Positions 7,510-16,005 of a stretch of 64,000 nucleotides of DNA are shown in pieces; the first letter of the stretch is position 1, and each line of letters begins with the position of its first letter. Origin of the DNA: Hyphomicrobiales bacterium (GTDB lineage: Bacteria > Pseudomonadota > Alphaproteobacteria > Rhizobiales > JACESI01); the NCBI GenBank assembly GCA_039989895.1, contig JBDXGY010000002.1, positions 117,922-181,921 on the forward strand, in the 5' to 3' direction. A model generated the notes under the pieces. It worked only from the letters and a program-made list of their open reading frames with translations. It was not told the origin of the DNA and made no database searches. Made by a program: the position numbers and the translations under genes.

Positions 7510-8550
7510 TCAGCTCCTATCTATTAATGTTGGCGATAATCTTTCTATCGCGAGCTGGGCCACTGACGGTGGAATTTCTTTCTTACCTTTCAAATAGTTT
7601 TTGAACTTCCCGCCATCTAAATAAGTTTCCTGAAGCCAACGGCGATATTCACCCAATGCATCAAGTGGATAACAGTTTGCTATCTGAGGGTTGGATCTAG
7701 CTTGCGGGTGGTCTTTTGGATAGCGGTGGGGAAATTTTTCTCTATCACCGAACCTAGTGTTGAAATCATTAGCGTCCCAATGCTTCGCCCAATGTTGACC
7801 TATAGAAATATCAGGCACCATTTTTTCGCCTATATCAGCTCCCGCCATGATTAGTTCATAAAGTACAGTATGAGCCTCATTGAAAATACTAAAATAACCA
7901 TTCGGAGCGCTTTTATGGTTTAGCTCGATACGTTCGTGCCACTTACGAAGCGGCTCTTCTATAGAACCCGTCTGGTCATATCCAACTTGACTGTAAATTA
8001 ACTCTCGAAGTTTGGAACCCGCGAGAAGTCGGAAATTTTTACGAGCTTCAGGTCTTATATTGTTGCCAGCATCAAGTGCATAATATTCAAGTATTGCGAG
8101 AGAAGCTTCTGCGGGGTAACAAAAATGAGTAATCCCTTTGTGGGCCACCTCTATATGCGGGAGATCTAGTTCAACTCCGCCCTCACTCAAAATACCCTTA
8201 ATGGTTGTTATCCGAGGCTTCTGGACTTCGTCAGTCCATTGGCTACTAATTGTGCCTATGTGCGCGTTTTGAACGCCACAAAGAGCGGCAAGGCCTCGTT
8301 GATTGAGGTAGGGAGTACCATCTGAGAGCACGCCCATTCCGATGCCCTCTACATCTCTTTCTTTGTCAATACCTAAGTCTAAAACACCTTGTTCTTTGGT
8401 GATTTCCTTTTTGCCTCGAACTCTAGCTAGTCTATTGATTTTTCTATCTAAAATAGTGATTTCCTTTCCTTCTTCTTTGGGGGCGATGGACCCAACTACA
8501 TCATCAAATGTTCCGTCGATTGGCGCAATCATGCCCTTTTTCTTATCCAT
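7510..8550 (-). CDS. Hypothetical protein, passenger gene of the IS1595-family element (function unknown)
   Basis: 346-aa ORF. Its ATG overlaps the transposase stop (ATGGATAA, 8-nt overlap). A GC-rich stem-loop (gggcggc attga gccgccc, 7468-7486) follows it before IRL. No catalytic motif recognised. Confidence 0.6.
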   Translation of the reverse strand: MDKKKGMIAPIDGTFDDVVGSIAPKEEGKEITILDRKINRLARVRGKKEITKEQGVLDLGIDKERDVEGIGMGVLSDGTPYLNQRGLAALCGVQNAHIGTISSQWTDEVQKPRITTIKGILSEGGVELDLPHIEVAHKGITHFCYPAEASLAILEYYALDAGNNIRPEARKNFRLLAGSKLRELIYSQVGYDQTGSIEEPLRKWHERIELNHKSAPNGYFSIFNEAHTVLYELIMAGADIGEKMVPDISIGQHWAKHWDANDFNTRFGDREKFPHRYPKDHPQARSNPQIANCYPLDALGEYRRWLQETYLDGGKFKNYLKGKKEIPPSVAQLAIERLSPTLIDRS

Positions 8551-9466
8551 TTATTAGTTCCTTATATGTGAGGCGCTGGCCTCCCATTCGAGCAATGGTT
8601 GCGCCAATAAAATCCATTGTTCCAAAATTCGAAGTGTTGTGGCGGAATGAAAATTCATTCACGTAGCGGTGTAAGTGCTTTGCACTCATAAAGTGATAGA
8701 TGCCGATGTAACCGCGCTTAAGCAGTGACCAGAAGCTTTCGATACCGTTTGTATGCGCCATTTCTTTTACATACTCACCAACAGAATGATTGATGGTGAT
8801 GTGCTTATAGCCACGGTTTGAAAGGCCACGGTAAGCTGGAAAGTTATCAGTCACAACCGTTGCGCCCGATGGTGCGTGTTGCATCACAAAGCCCTGCAAA
8901 GCCGATGCTTTGGTATTATTGATTGGCAATGCATAGACGTTGCCAGTTTGATCGCGCATACCAACAACCGCCGTTTTACCAACAGCACCACGGCCCGCTC
9001 TCAATTTATTAGATGAATGCTTATTAGCTTCTTTCCCGCCAATGTATGTTTCATCCACTTGGACGTGACCATCCATATCGTTGTCAGAACCGCTCTTCAT
9101 CCAAGTTTCACGGATGCGCTGAGCGAGGAACCAAGCTGATTTTTGAGTAATACCAAGTTCGCGGGCCATTTGAGTGCTAGGGATACCCTTGCGAGCGCTT
9201 GTAAGCATGAAAATGGCTAGCAACCACTTTTGAAGTGGAAGGCGGCTTTCAGCCAATACAGTGCCAGTACGAACGCTAAAATGCTTGCGGCACGATTTGC
9301 AGCGATAAGCCATAGGCTTGTGGTCTTTACACTCTGATACATCTGTAGAACCGCAATGACCGCAAACAGCCTCACCACCCCAACGTTTACCTTCAAAGTA
9401 ATGACGCGCTGATTCCTCATTGGGGAATTTTTGGAAAAACTCAAACTTAGATAGGGTGTCAGTCAT
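8543..9466 (-). CDS. IS1595-family (ISXO2-like) DDE transposase with N-terminal zinc-ribbon
   Basis: 307-aa ORF with CGHCGS...CKSCRKHFSVRTGT zinc ribbon, VQVDETYIGGKE, VVTDNFPAYRGL and HTNGIESFWSLLKRG motifs. Confidence 0.9.
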   Translation of the reverse strand: MTDTLSKFEFFQKFPNEESARHYFEGKRWGGEAVCGHCGSTDVSECKDHKPMAYRCKSCRKHFSVRTGTVLAESRLPLQKWLLAIFMLTSARKGIPSTQMARELGITQKSAWFLAQRIRETWMKSGSDNDMDGHVQVDETYIGGKEANKHSSNKLRAGRGAVGKTAVVGMRDQTGNVYALPINNTKASALQGFVMQHAPSGATVVTDNFPAYRGLSNRGYKHITINHSVGEYVKEMAHTNGIESFWSLLKRGYIGIYHFMSAKHLHRYVNEFSFRHNTSNFGTMDFIGATIARMGGQRLTYKELING

Positions 9467-9549
9467 TAGTATTGCTCCTTACAACACTAATGTAAGATAA
9501 CTAGCCAAACATTTCAAGTTATTTTTGGCTAGTTAAGTATGTATCCCCC

Positions 9550-9557
9550 TAATTTAT
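9550..9557. repeat. Target-site duplication (right copy) of the IS1595-family element
   Basis: TAATTTAT immediately outside IRR, identical to 7415-7422. 8 bp is the duplication size expected for IS1595-family elements. Confidence 0.8.
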
Positions 9558-10102
9558 TATATTCCAATAATGTCACCAAGCACACAATGGAGCGTCTTTC
9601 GGTATTATGTTTCAAATAATTAGTATTTTAAACTGGTTGGTTGTGTCTGCTAATATTAGGTTTGATGGCTTAGTAACTTGTTTTCATGGTAATTTGTTGA
9701 AAACCAAATTTGTTGGTCTTTTTGTTGGTTCTTTCCAAAATCGAATTAAGAAAATTACATAAATTCAAAGCACTATGAAAAACTTTCGATTCCGGCGGGG
9801 GCCATGATTTTCGGAGAGATAGCCGAAAAATTGATCCAGTGAATCAATTTTAGAAAATCATGCCAAGCAGCAAAGCTACGCGGCAGTTGCTGCGTGTTTA
9901 ATAGTGAGATTTTATGCGAAAATGGTATTCTATGATCAATACATTTCAGCGCGGACCTCTTCGTTAATCTCCTCAGCCATCCTCAGCCATGAAATTAAAT
10001 CTTTATCCAAGAAACCTGACTCATCATATGACAGAACCCGCTTCAAATGGTTATTGAGTATTAACGCGTCCTCACTTCTGAAAAGTGATGCCGACGTCCA
10101 TT

Positions 10103-10702
10103 TTACAGGTTTTTCTGCAAGATATATTTGACCATCTTCGTGAATTTAGCAACGCAAGACATGCCGTCATCACCCCATTTCCCAAAATTTCGACGCACGT
10201 AGGAATTTGAACCTTCTGGTGTCCATGAAACTTCATGAGGGCAGTTTTCTTTTAACCAAGCCGCAAAAAGATCGATCGCTCTCTTAAAGTCTTCCTCATG
10301 TGCTTGATCATCCGCTCTTTTTGTAGATCTTTCGTTAGCACTTACCTGTAGTCGAATAAGTTCAGTATTGGCTTTCATATCCTCCGATTGAGCCTTTATC
10401 AGTTCAATCTCTTGAATGTATATTTCTTTAGTCGCACGCAATTCATCACGTTGTGCCTGAAGCTCCTTAGATTGAATAAGAACGGCACCCGCGAGCTAAA
10501 TAAAAGCTAGGGGCGCAAAAGCACCAGCAAGATAGTCACCTAATTCATTGGCGTCTAATTCAGCTAGGAAGCGATCCAAAAATGGTTCATGCCCGTTCGG
10601 CACTATCTTGAACGTGAAATAACCAAGTGCGATCAACCATCCGATGGTCAACAACACGAGAACTATAAATGTTACTGAGCTACTTCTCTTTTCTTCGTTC
10701 AA
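10103..10702 (-). pseudogene. Two-TM plus coiled-coil hypothetical protein interrupted by an in-frame TAG
   Basis: Track ORFs 10496..10702 and 10103..10441 share one frame. The read-through is ...LGDYLAGAFAPLAFI TAG LAGAVLIQSKELQAQRDELRATKE..., so the stop (10496-10498) sits inside a predicted hydrophobic helix. Confidence 0.6.
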
Positions 10703-10735
10703 TGAGTGTCCAGTTTCATAGGTAGCGAGATGGCT

Positions 10736-11341
10736 TTAATCAAAAAGCCGCTCTAATTCTATCGTTGCATGTACCCAGACGGGCTCTTGCCCTTTTTCGG
10801 CATGGCTTTTGATGTCTTCACGGAATTCTTGGACAAATTCTTGAGTATAACCATACGACCGCTTCAATAAGCGTTTCGCTTTTTTCTCATCAATCAAATC
10901 TGAGCGGGTCATTTCGTATAATCTTGTCCAGAAGTATAGAAAGACGGTGAGTGCTTCATGTTCGGTATATGCACTACTTGAATGGGTTTCATGAAAATGT
11001 GCTTTGGTCGGTTCAAGATTTAATTCAGCTGGACTCACGAATGTCTTTAAAAGCTGCGTAGGGTCTGTCTCATCGATCAGCCAGCCGCGCCTGATAGCCT
11101 TCCTGTACTCTTCGCGTTTTTTCTTGGGTAAGTAACGCCATTTCAGCGCAATTCTTGTTATCGGTAATACGACCCTTCGATAATTATCGGCTGAATAGTA
11201 TTCGTTGTATAAATCAGCAACGCGCGAATGGCGATCAATTCTTCTTCTTATGAAGGCCACCACAAAGGAATTTAATAATGAAAATATCCCGAGAATGATT
11301 GTGATAGAACCAATCAATAAAGTCGGTTGATCAAATGACAT
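10736..11341 (-). CDS. Hypothetical single-pass membrane protein
   Basis: 201-aa ORF with an N-terminal hydrophobic helix (LLIGSITIILGIFSLLNSFVVAFI) followed by RRR and a soluble helical domain. Lies 33 nt upstream of the next gene on the same strand. Confidence 0.55.
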   Translation of the reverse strand: MSFDQPTLLIGSITIILGIFSLLNSFVVAFIRRRIDRHSRVADLYNEYYSADNYRRVVLPITRIALKWRYLPKKKREEYRKAIRRGWLIDETDPTQLLKTFVSPAELNLEPTKAHFHETHSSSAYTEHEALTVFLYFWTRLYEMTRSDLIDEKKAKRLLKRSYGYTQEFVQEFREDIKSHAEKGQEPVWVHATIELERLFD

Positions 11342-11710
11342 CGCGTCCCCCTAATTAATAGTTTAATTCGTAACATTGGCTATGCGGGAGATCAATAAAG
11401 CCTATCACCACGCGATTTATTAGAGAAGAAGGGTGCAAACAGTTTTAGAAAATCCCGAAAGGCGCAGCGAAGTTCTTCCTGATTTCGCCATTGAGACTCA
11501 TTTAATAGGTGGCGAAAAAAAATCCTAAAGACGAAAAAATGAAGCTCATTTTAAACTTGCTTGTTCGACCTCAATTTTCCGAAAGCCAACATTCGATATG
11601 GAGTTGCAATACTCCTCTCGAATGACAATAACGCAGACTTAATTATACCTGAAGTCAGCAAGCCCGTTATGGCTGATGTACTATCGTCGTTTAATAGCAT
11701 GAGCAGACTA

Positions 11711-12904
11711 TTAGCACTTGCCTATTTTCTTACGATTTATACGATCGCCATATTCATCAAACTGAAAGCGAAACTTCGTTCCGCGATAGCATCCATCAGC
11801 AAAGAAGCTGACACCGCGTACGCCTCTTTTTTCAAGGCGTTTTTTAATGTCTGCAACAGGATGTGACCGACATAGTCCGCGATCAACATCATTCAAAACA
11901 TCACCGTATTGAGAAAGCGATAGTTCATGCTGACGACCATTCAGGCAAGCATCTACATTAAATTTATAACTGGCGGTTTTTCCTGCCCTCACAATGCGAA
12001 TGCGTTTAAAACCTTCTTTGTGCAGATGTTTTGTGACATCTTTTTCAGACAAGGATACAGCACAAGGGCCTAAAGGATTGCGCCCTTTCAATTCGCCAAA
12101 CCGGTTTAAAACAACCTCGAAGCGTCGATTGTTTTGGCAGGCTTCCGCGCGATACCCGGGCAGCTTCCGGTCAAAGACATAAATACCATTATATCCGCTA
12201 TTTTTGAGATGTGCTTCGATATGCGCCGGATTGAGGGGCTGTGCGCATTGACCAATCTTCCTTTGTCGCTTTATCTCGCCAAAACGAGTAAGAAGAAGTT
12301 CGACCCGCTGGCCATTCTTGCAAGCGTGCGCCGCATACCAAGGCAATTGCCGATCTTTGAATATGACCCTGTTGTAGCCTGCCTTATTCAAAAGTGGACG
12401 AATATCACTTGGTTCAAAAATGCGATCGCATTGTCCAAACCCACGCCGTCGTTCAACTTCACCAAATTGATTGACGACCAATCGAACACGTTCACCTTTC
12501 AAGCAACCAACGGCAACATAATATCCATTCTGCTCATCAAGGGAAAAACGCTCTAAACCTAATTTAGATAACCGTTGCCCAATCGCTTTGCCTGACAAAG
12601 TTGAACGACATTTACCAATCGGTCGTGCTGATTTTAAATTTCCGCGCGCACCAAGCTTAACATCAAAACGTTTGCCACTCTTACAAGCGCGCGCTTTTAT
12701 AGACTTAAAACCCTGATGATAAATCTCAATCTGATCATATCCATTAGCAACAAGACTACGTTTTGCAGCCCCTGAAGAAGCGCCAATCTGAAATTCAACT
12801 TTTTGTGCCGATACTTCTTGCGGTGAAAATGTAAAGCCTGCCAAACCAAGGGCAGTAACGACCACTGGCAGCACATGTCCTCGGATTTTTTTTGAAAAAA
12901 GCAT
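11711..12904 (-). CDS. Secreted protein composed of six tandem ~60-aa PepSY-like repeats, each with a conserved Cys pair
   Basis: Likely start is the ATG at 12904 (GAGAGGG upstream), followed by the signal peptide MLFSKKIRGHVLPVVVTALGLAGFTFSPQEVSAQ. The repeats follow the pattern GY..i......y.a.AC..G.r.e..l..fGe......iG.C, six times. Confidence 0.7.
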   Translation of the reverse strand: MLFSKKIRGHVLPVVVTALGLAGFTFSPQEVSAQKVEFQIGASSGAAKRSLVANGYDQIEIYHQGFKSIKARACKSGKRFDVKLGARGNLKSARPIGKCRSTLSGKAIGQRLSKLGLERFSLDEQNGYYVAVGCLKGERVRLVVNQFGEVERRRGFGQCDRIFEPSDIRPLLNKAGYNRVIFKDRQLPWYAAHACKNGQRVELLLTRFGEIKRQRKIGQCAQPLNPAHIEAHLKNSGYNGIYVFDRKLPGYRAEACQNNRRFEVVLNRFGELKGRNPLGPCAVSLSEKDVTKHLHKEGFKRIRIVRAGKTASYKFNVDACLNGRQHELSLSQYGDVLNDVDRGLCRSHPVADIKKRLEKRGVRGVSFFADGCYRGTKFRFQFDEYGDRINRKKIGKC

Positions 12905-13113
12905 AATACCCTCTCTGAAACATAGAATACTAAGTTCCGATGGTGTCGATAAAATGTCAACAACACTCAGATGCGTGTCAGGTGGCAATGAGGTGAAAAT
13001 TATTTCTTCATCCGATTGCAAGCTTAGAAAAAACGCTGTGTTTCGCCGAGCGCATGCATGTTACATTTATCTAAAATCGTGTTACTGTGCTATAAAAATA
13101 GAAGGATTTTTCG

Positions 13114-14124
13114 ATGTTAGGTTCATTTTTCTCACGCTTTCGCGTCCTGATTGTTCTGCTCGCAGCAACAATTTCTAGTCAAGTTTACGCAAAAGATACG
13201 CTTGAGATTGGATATATGCCGATCTTGCCGGTCTCGCAGTTATTTGTTGGCTTGGATCAAGGGTTTCTGGATGAGCTCGATGTTGAACTGAAGCTTGTCC
13301 AATTTCAAAATGGGCCAGCAATGGTTCAAGCAATACTGGGTGGTCAGCTTGATGTTGCTCATTTCGGTATTGGCCCTGCCATGGTAGCGAGAGGGAAGGG
13401 TGCGGATATCAAAGTCGTTGCGTCTTCGATTGTAGAGCAGATCAGCATCGTTACGCTTGGAAAGCTTGCTCCGTATTTTGAAAATGGCGATCATAAAACC
13501 GCTTTTGCACGGTTCAAAGCTGATACGGGTAGAAAACCGGTTATCACAACTTTCCCTGTTGGCTCTGTGCCGGAAACTGTTCTGCAATACTGGCTACGTA
13601 AGCAGTTGGGCATTGATCCAAATGAGATCGACATCATTTATCAAGGTGCCGCACAAGTTCAACAGGCTCTTTTGACTGGAGCAGTGGATGGTGCCGCTAT
13701 TCTCGAGCCAGCTGTTACAATCGTCACATCGAAAAACAGTGATGCAAAAGTTGTGGCGCGGGGGGCGGAACTCTTTCCACGTCAACCTGGTGCAATCCTT
13801 GCTGTGCGCGAAGGGCTGATCAACGACAAGCCAGATTTGGTAAAAACGCTTGTTGCTTCTCATAAAAAATCGACCCAAATGCTGAATAATGAAGATGCAT
13901 CGACTGTGAAAGCGGTACAGAAATATGTTGGCGGCGGTCGCCTATCCGAAGAATTGATCAAAAAAGCGATCGCAGGCTCAAAAGACAATTTCGTCGCTGA
14001 CCCTAATTTTATCTTGGATGGCACCCGCACGATGCACGATTTCCAAGAGGAAATTGGTACTTTGAAAGCTAAAGTCGATATAGATGCCTTGTTTGATCTG
14101 TCTTTTTATGAGGCTATTAAATAA
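13114..14124 (+). CDS. ABC transporter periplasmic substrate-binding protein (NitT/TauT family, NMT1/SsuA-like)
   Basis: 336-aa ORF with a signal peptide. Family-typical IGYMPILPVSQLFV and FQNGPAMVQAILGGQLDVAHFG. Followed by the cognate permease and ATPase. Confidence 0.8.
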   Translation: MLGSFFSRFRVLIVLLAATISSQVYAKDTLEIGYMPILPVSQLFVGLDQGFLDELDVELKLVQFQNGPAMVQAILGGQLDVAHFGIGPAMVARGKGADIKVVASSIVEQISIVTLGKLAPYFENGDHKTAFARFKADTGRKPVITTFPVGSVPETVLQYWLRKQLGIDPNEIDIIYQGAAQVQQALLTGAVDGAAILEPAVTIVTSKNSDAKVVARGAELFPRQPGAILAVREGLINDKPDLVKTLVASHKKSTQMLNNEDASTVKAVQKYVGGGRLSEELIKKAIAGSKDNFVADPNFILDGTRTMHDFQEEIGTLKAKVDIDALFDLSFYEAIK

Positions 14125-14150
14125 GACGACGTCTAATCGGGGGCATATCT

Positions 14151-14927
14151 TTGGATCGTCTAAAATCTTTCAATATTAGAAAGATTGGGCTTGGCCTTTT
14201 GGGCTTAGTGCTTTTCATTGGCCTATGGAAAGCCTCGCACTCCTTTGAATGGTTTCGGCGTGGGACTATGCCGGACCCGTTTTTAGTGCCGAGCGCCATG
14301 AGGGATGAGATCGCATCGGGCCGATTTTTCCCAGCTATCGGATCAAGCCTCATCCATTACTTCTGGGGACTAGGACTTGGTACATTTCTTGGCATTATTG
14401 TTGGCGCAGGCGCGGCAACAACGCGATTTTTGGATGAGCTTCATGTTTATTTAGCGCGTATTCTACGACCAATTCCACCGCTCGCTTGGGTCGTCTTTGC
14501 AATCGCCTGGTTTCAGGTAAGTCATGCTGGTGCCGCGTTTGTTATTGCCATTGGTGTGTTCTGGGTAAATTATTTTGCAACCTACAGTGGGGTGCGAAAC
14601 GTTGATCCGCGCTACTATGAATTGGCTAAGGCTTTTGGCCGAGATGGATATTTAAATCGTACGTTTAAGGTAACTTTTCCAGCCGCAGCGCCGGGGGTGT
14701 TAAGTGGTGCACGTACAGGGGTTGGGCAAGCTTGGATGACATTGATCGCCGCAGAACTTTTGGGTGTGCCTGGCATGGGACAAGAAATGAATTCTGCAGC
14801 AGGCGTCGGTGCTTATGAGGCCGTTGTGGTTTATATGTTGGCAATCTCGGCCGTCTATGCCGTATCCGATATGATTTTTGCTGCTATTGAGAACTGGATT
14901 TTGCGTTGGCGCCCATCATCACAATAG
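14151..14927 (+). CDS. ABC transporter permease (NitT/TauT family)
   Basis: 258-aa polytopic ORF with an EAA-like loop (YELAKAFGRDGYLNRTFKVTFPAAAPGV). Confidence 0.85.
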   Translation: MDRLKSFNIRKIGLGLLGLVLFIGLWKASHSFEWFRRGTMPDPFLVPSAMRDEIASGRFFPAIGSSLIHYFWGLGLGTFLGIIVGAGAATTRFLDELHVYLARILRPIPPLAWVVFAIAWFQVSHAGAAFVIAIGVFWVNYFATYSGVRNVDPRYYELAKAFGRDGYLNRTFKVTFPAAAPGVLSGARTGVGQAWMTLIAAELLGVPGMGQEMNSAAGVGAYEAVVVYMLAISAVYAVSDMIFAAIENWILRWRPSSQ

Positions 14928-15643
14928 AAAACCTTGGTGTACATTATCCCGGAGCGGATAATTGGACGCTGAAAGACGTGTCACTCGAAGTGCAACCAAA
15001 TGAGTTCGTCGCTTTGGTCGGTGGTTCAGGTGTCGGTAAATCGACATTGGTGCGGGTTATAGCCGGACTTTTAGAACAGACTGCAGGCAATATCTCAGTG
15101 AATGCAGAAAAAGTGCCTGGGGAGCGCCGACGCTCGCTCGTTTTTCAAGACGGTCGCCTGATGCCATGGCGCAATGTGTATAATAATATAGCCTACGGGT
15201 TGGAAGGCTTGACCATCAGCCCTGAAGAAAAGGCGTCTCGTATTGAAGAAGTCTTGACGCTTACCCAACTCAACGATTATGCGGATCGTTGGCCTCATCA
15301 GCTCTCTGGTGGGCAAGCCCAACGTGTTGGCATTGCGCGCGCTCTAGCGGTAAAACCTGCTGTTTTACTTATGGATGAACCTTTCAGCGCAGTAGATGCT
15401 CTCACACGCCATAGCTTGCAAACTGAACTGGCACTGATTTGGCGGCAAACAAAAGCTGCTGTTATATTTATCACGCATGACATTGATGAGGCGCTGTATC
15501 TGGCTGACCGTGTGATTGTGCTGGGTGGACAACCAGCCGGTATTGTTGAGGAGACAGTGGTCTCAGTGCCACGGCCGCGTGATCGGCGCGATATCATATT
15601 ACGCGACGAAGGCTATCGCTTAATCGAATTTTTAGAGTCCTAA
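14906..15643 (+). CDS. ABC transporter ATP-binding protein (SsuB/TauB-like)
   Basis: Walker A GGSGVGKST, signature LSGGQAQRV, Walker B LLMDEPFSAVD. Overlaps the permease gene by 22 nt. Confidence 0.9.
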   Translation: MAPIITIENLGVHYPGADNWTLKDVSLEVQPNEFVALVGGSGVGKSTLVRVIAGLLEQTAGNISVNAEKVPGERRRSLVFQDGRLMPWRNVYNNIAYGLEGLTISPEEKASRIEEVLTLTQLNDYADRWPHQLSGGQAQRVGIARALAVKPAVLLMDEPFSAVDALTRHSLQTELALIWRQTKAAVIFITHDIDEALYLADRVIVLGGQPAGIVEETVVSVPRPRDRRDIILRDEGYRLIEFLES

Positions 15644-15940
15644 ATGACCGGTTTAATTATCCACGCTCCAACTGAGGGCGCATTGAAACGTGCGCGATCC
15701 AACTACCGCAATTATCGTAAGTTGAATCCAGATGGTGAGATTGTCATTGTGGCCAATGGGCCAGCAGCAAGAACTGTTGTTGACGTGCCAGATCAGGAAA
15801 CGGATGGCGCTTTACTGCTTTGCGAAAATAGCTTGATCGCCCAAAATCTCAAAGCGCCGCCTTATATAAAAACAATTCCCGCAGCAATCGTTGCGCTTGA
15901 TGAAATGCAGATTGCCGGTTGGCGCTACGTGCGAGCATAG
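15644..15940 (+). CDS. DsrE/DsrF-like family small protein
   Basis: 98-aa ORF whose ATG directly abuts the ATPase stop (TAAATG). The pattern ...IVIVANGPA...LLLCENSL...AAIVALDEMQIAGWRYVRA resembles COG1416/DsrE-like proteins. Confidence 0.55.
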   Translation: MTGLIIHAPTEGALKRARSNYRNYRKLNPDGEIVIVANGPAARTVVDVPDQETDGALLLCENSLIAQNLKAPPYIKTIPAAIVALDEMQIAGWRYVRA

Positions 15941-15962
15941 AGCAGCTTCTAAGCTGCACGGA

Positions 15963-15986
15963 CGGTGTTGATTGAGGTCAACACCG
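15963..15986. terminator. Stem-loop between convergent genes (DsrE-like and acnB)
   Basis: cggtgttga ttgagg tcaacaccg: a 9-bp perfect stem. Confidence 0.5.
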
Positions 15987-16005
15987 CCTAGAAACTTTCA
16001 ACGGC

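Larger units (their letters stand above)
7423..9549 (-). mobile_element. IS1595-family insertion sequence carrying a passenger gene; intact ends and target-site duplication
   Basis: IRL GGGGGCTATATATTTAGCTAGCCA (7423-7446) versus the reverse complement of IRR, GGGGGATACATACTTAACTAGCCA (9526-9549): 20/24 identical. Flanked by a perfect 8-bp direct repeat, TAATTTAT. Confidence 0.85.

Noticed and set aside
9904-10131. 75-aa plus-strand ORF in the AT-rich spacer. The same spacer holds a tandem 10-mer, cctcagccat x2, at 9971-9990.
   Set aside because: Ser/Leu/Ile-rich sequence typical of AT-rich non-coding DNA, with no RBS. It overlaps the end of the minus-strand gene. A two-copy 10-mer is too short to be meaningful.
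9848-11454. A 12-bp perfect direct repeat, ttttagaaaatc (9848-9859 and 11443-11454), with loose extended similarity, flanks the membrane-protein cassette. It could be read as att-like or cassette boundaries.
   Set aside because: AT-rich 12-mers recur by chance several times within 2 kb in a 64-kb window. The extended similarity is weak, and no integrase or attC-like structure is present.
11561-11866. 101-aa plus-strand ORF spanning the intergenic region and the 3' end of the repeat-protein gene.
   Set aside because: It overlaps a well-supported minus-strand gene. The hydrophobic, AT-driven composition and lack of motifs argue against it.
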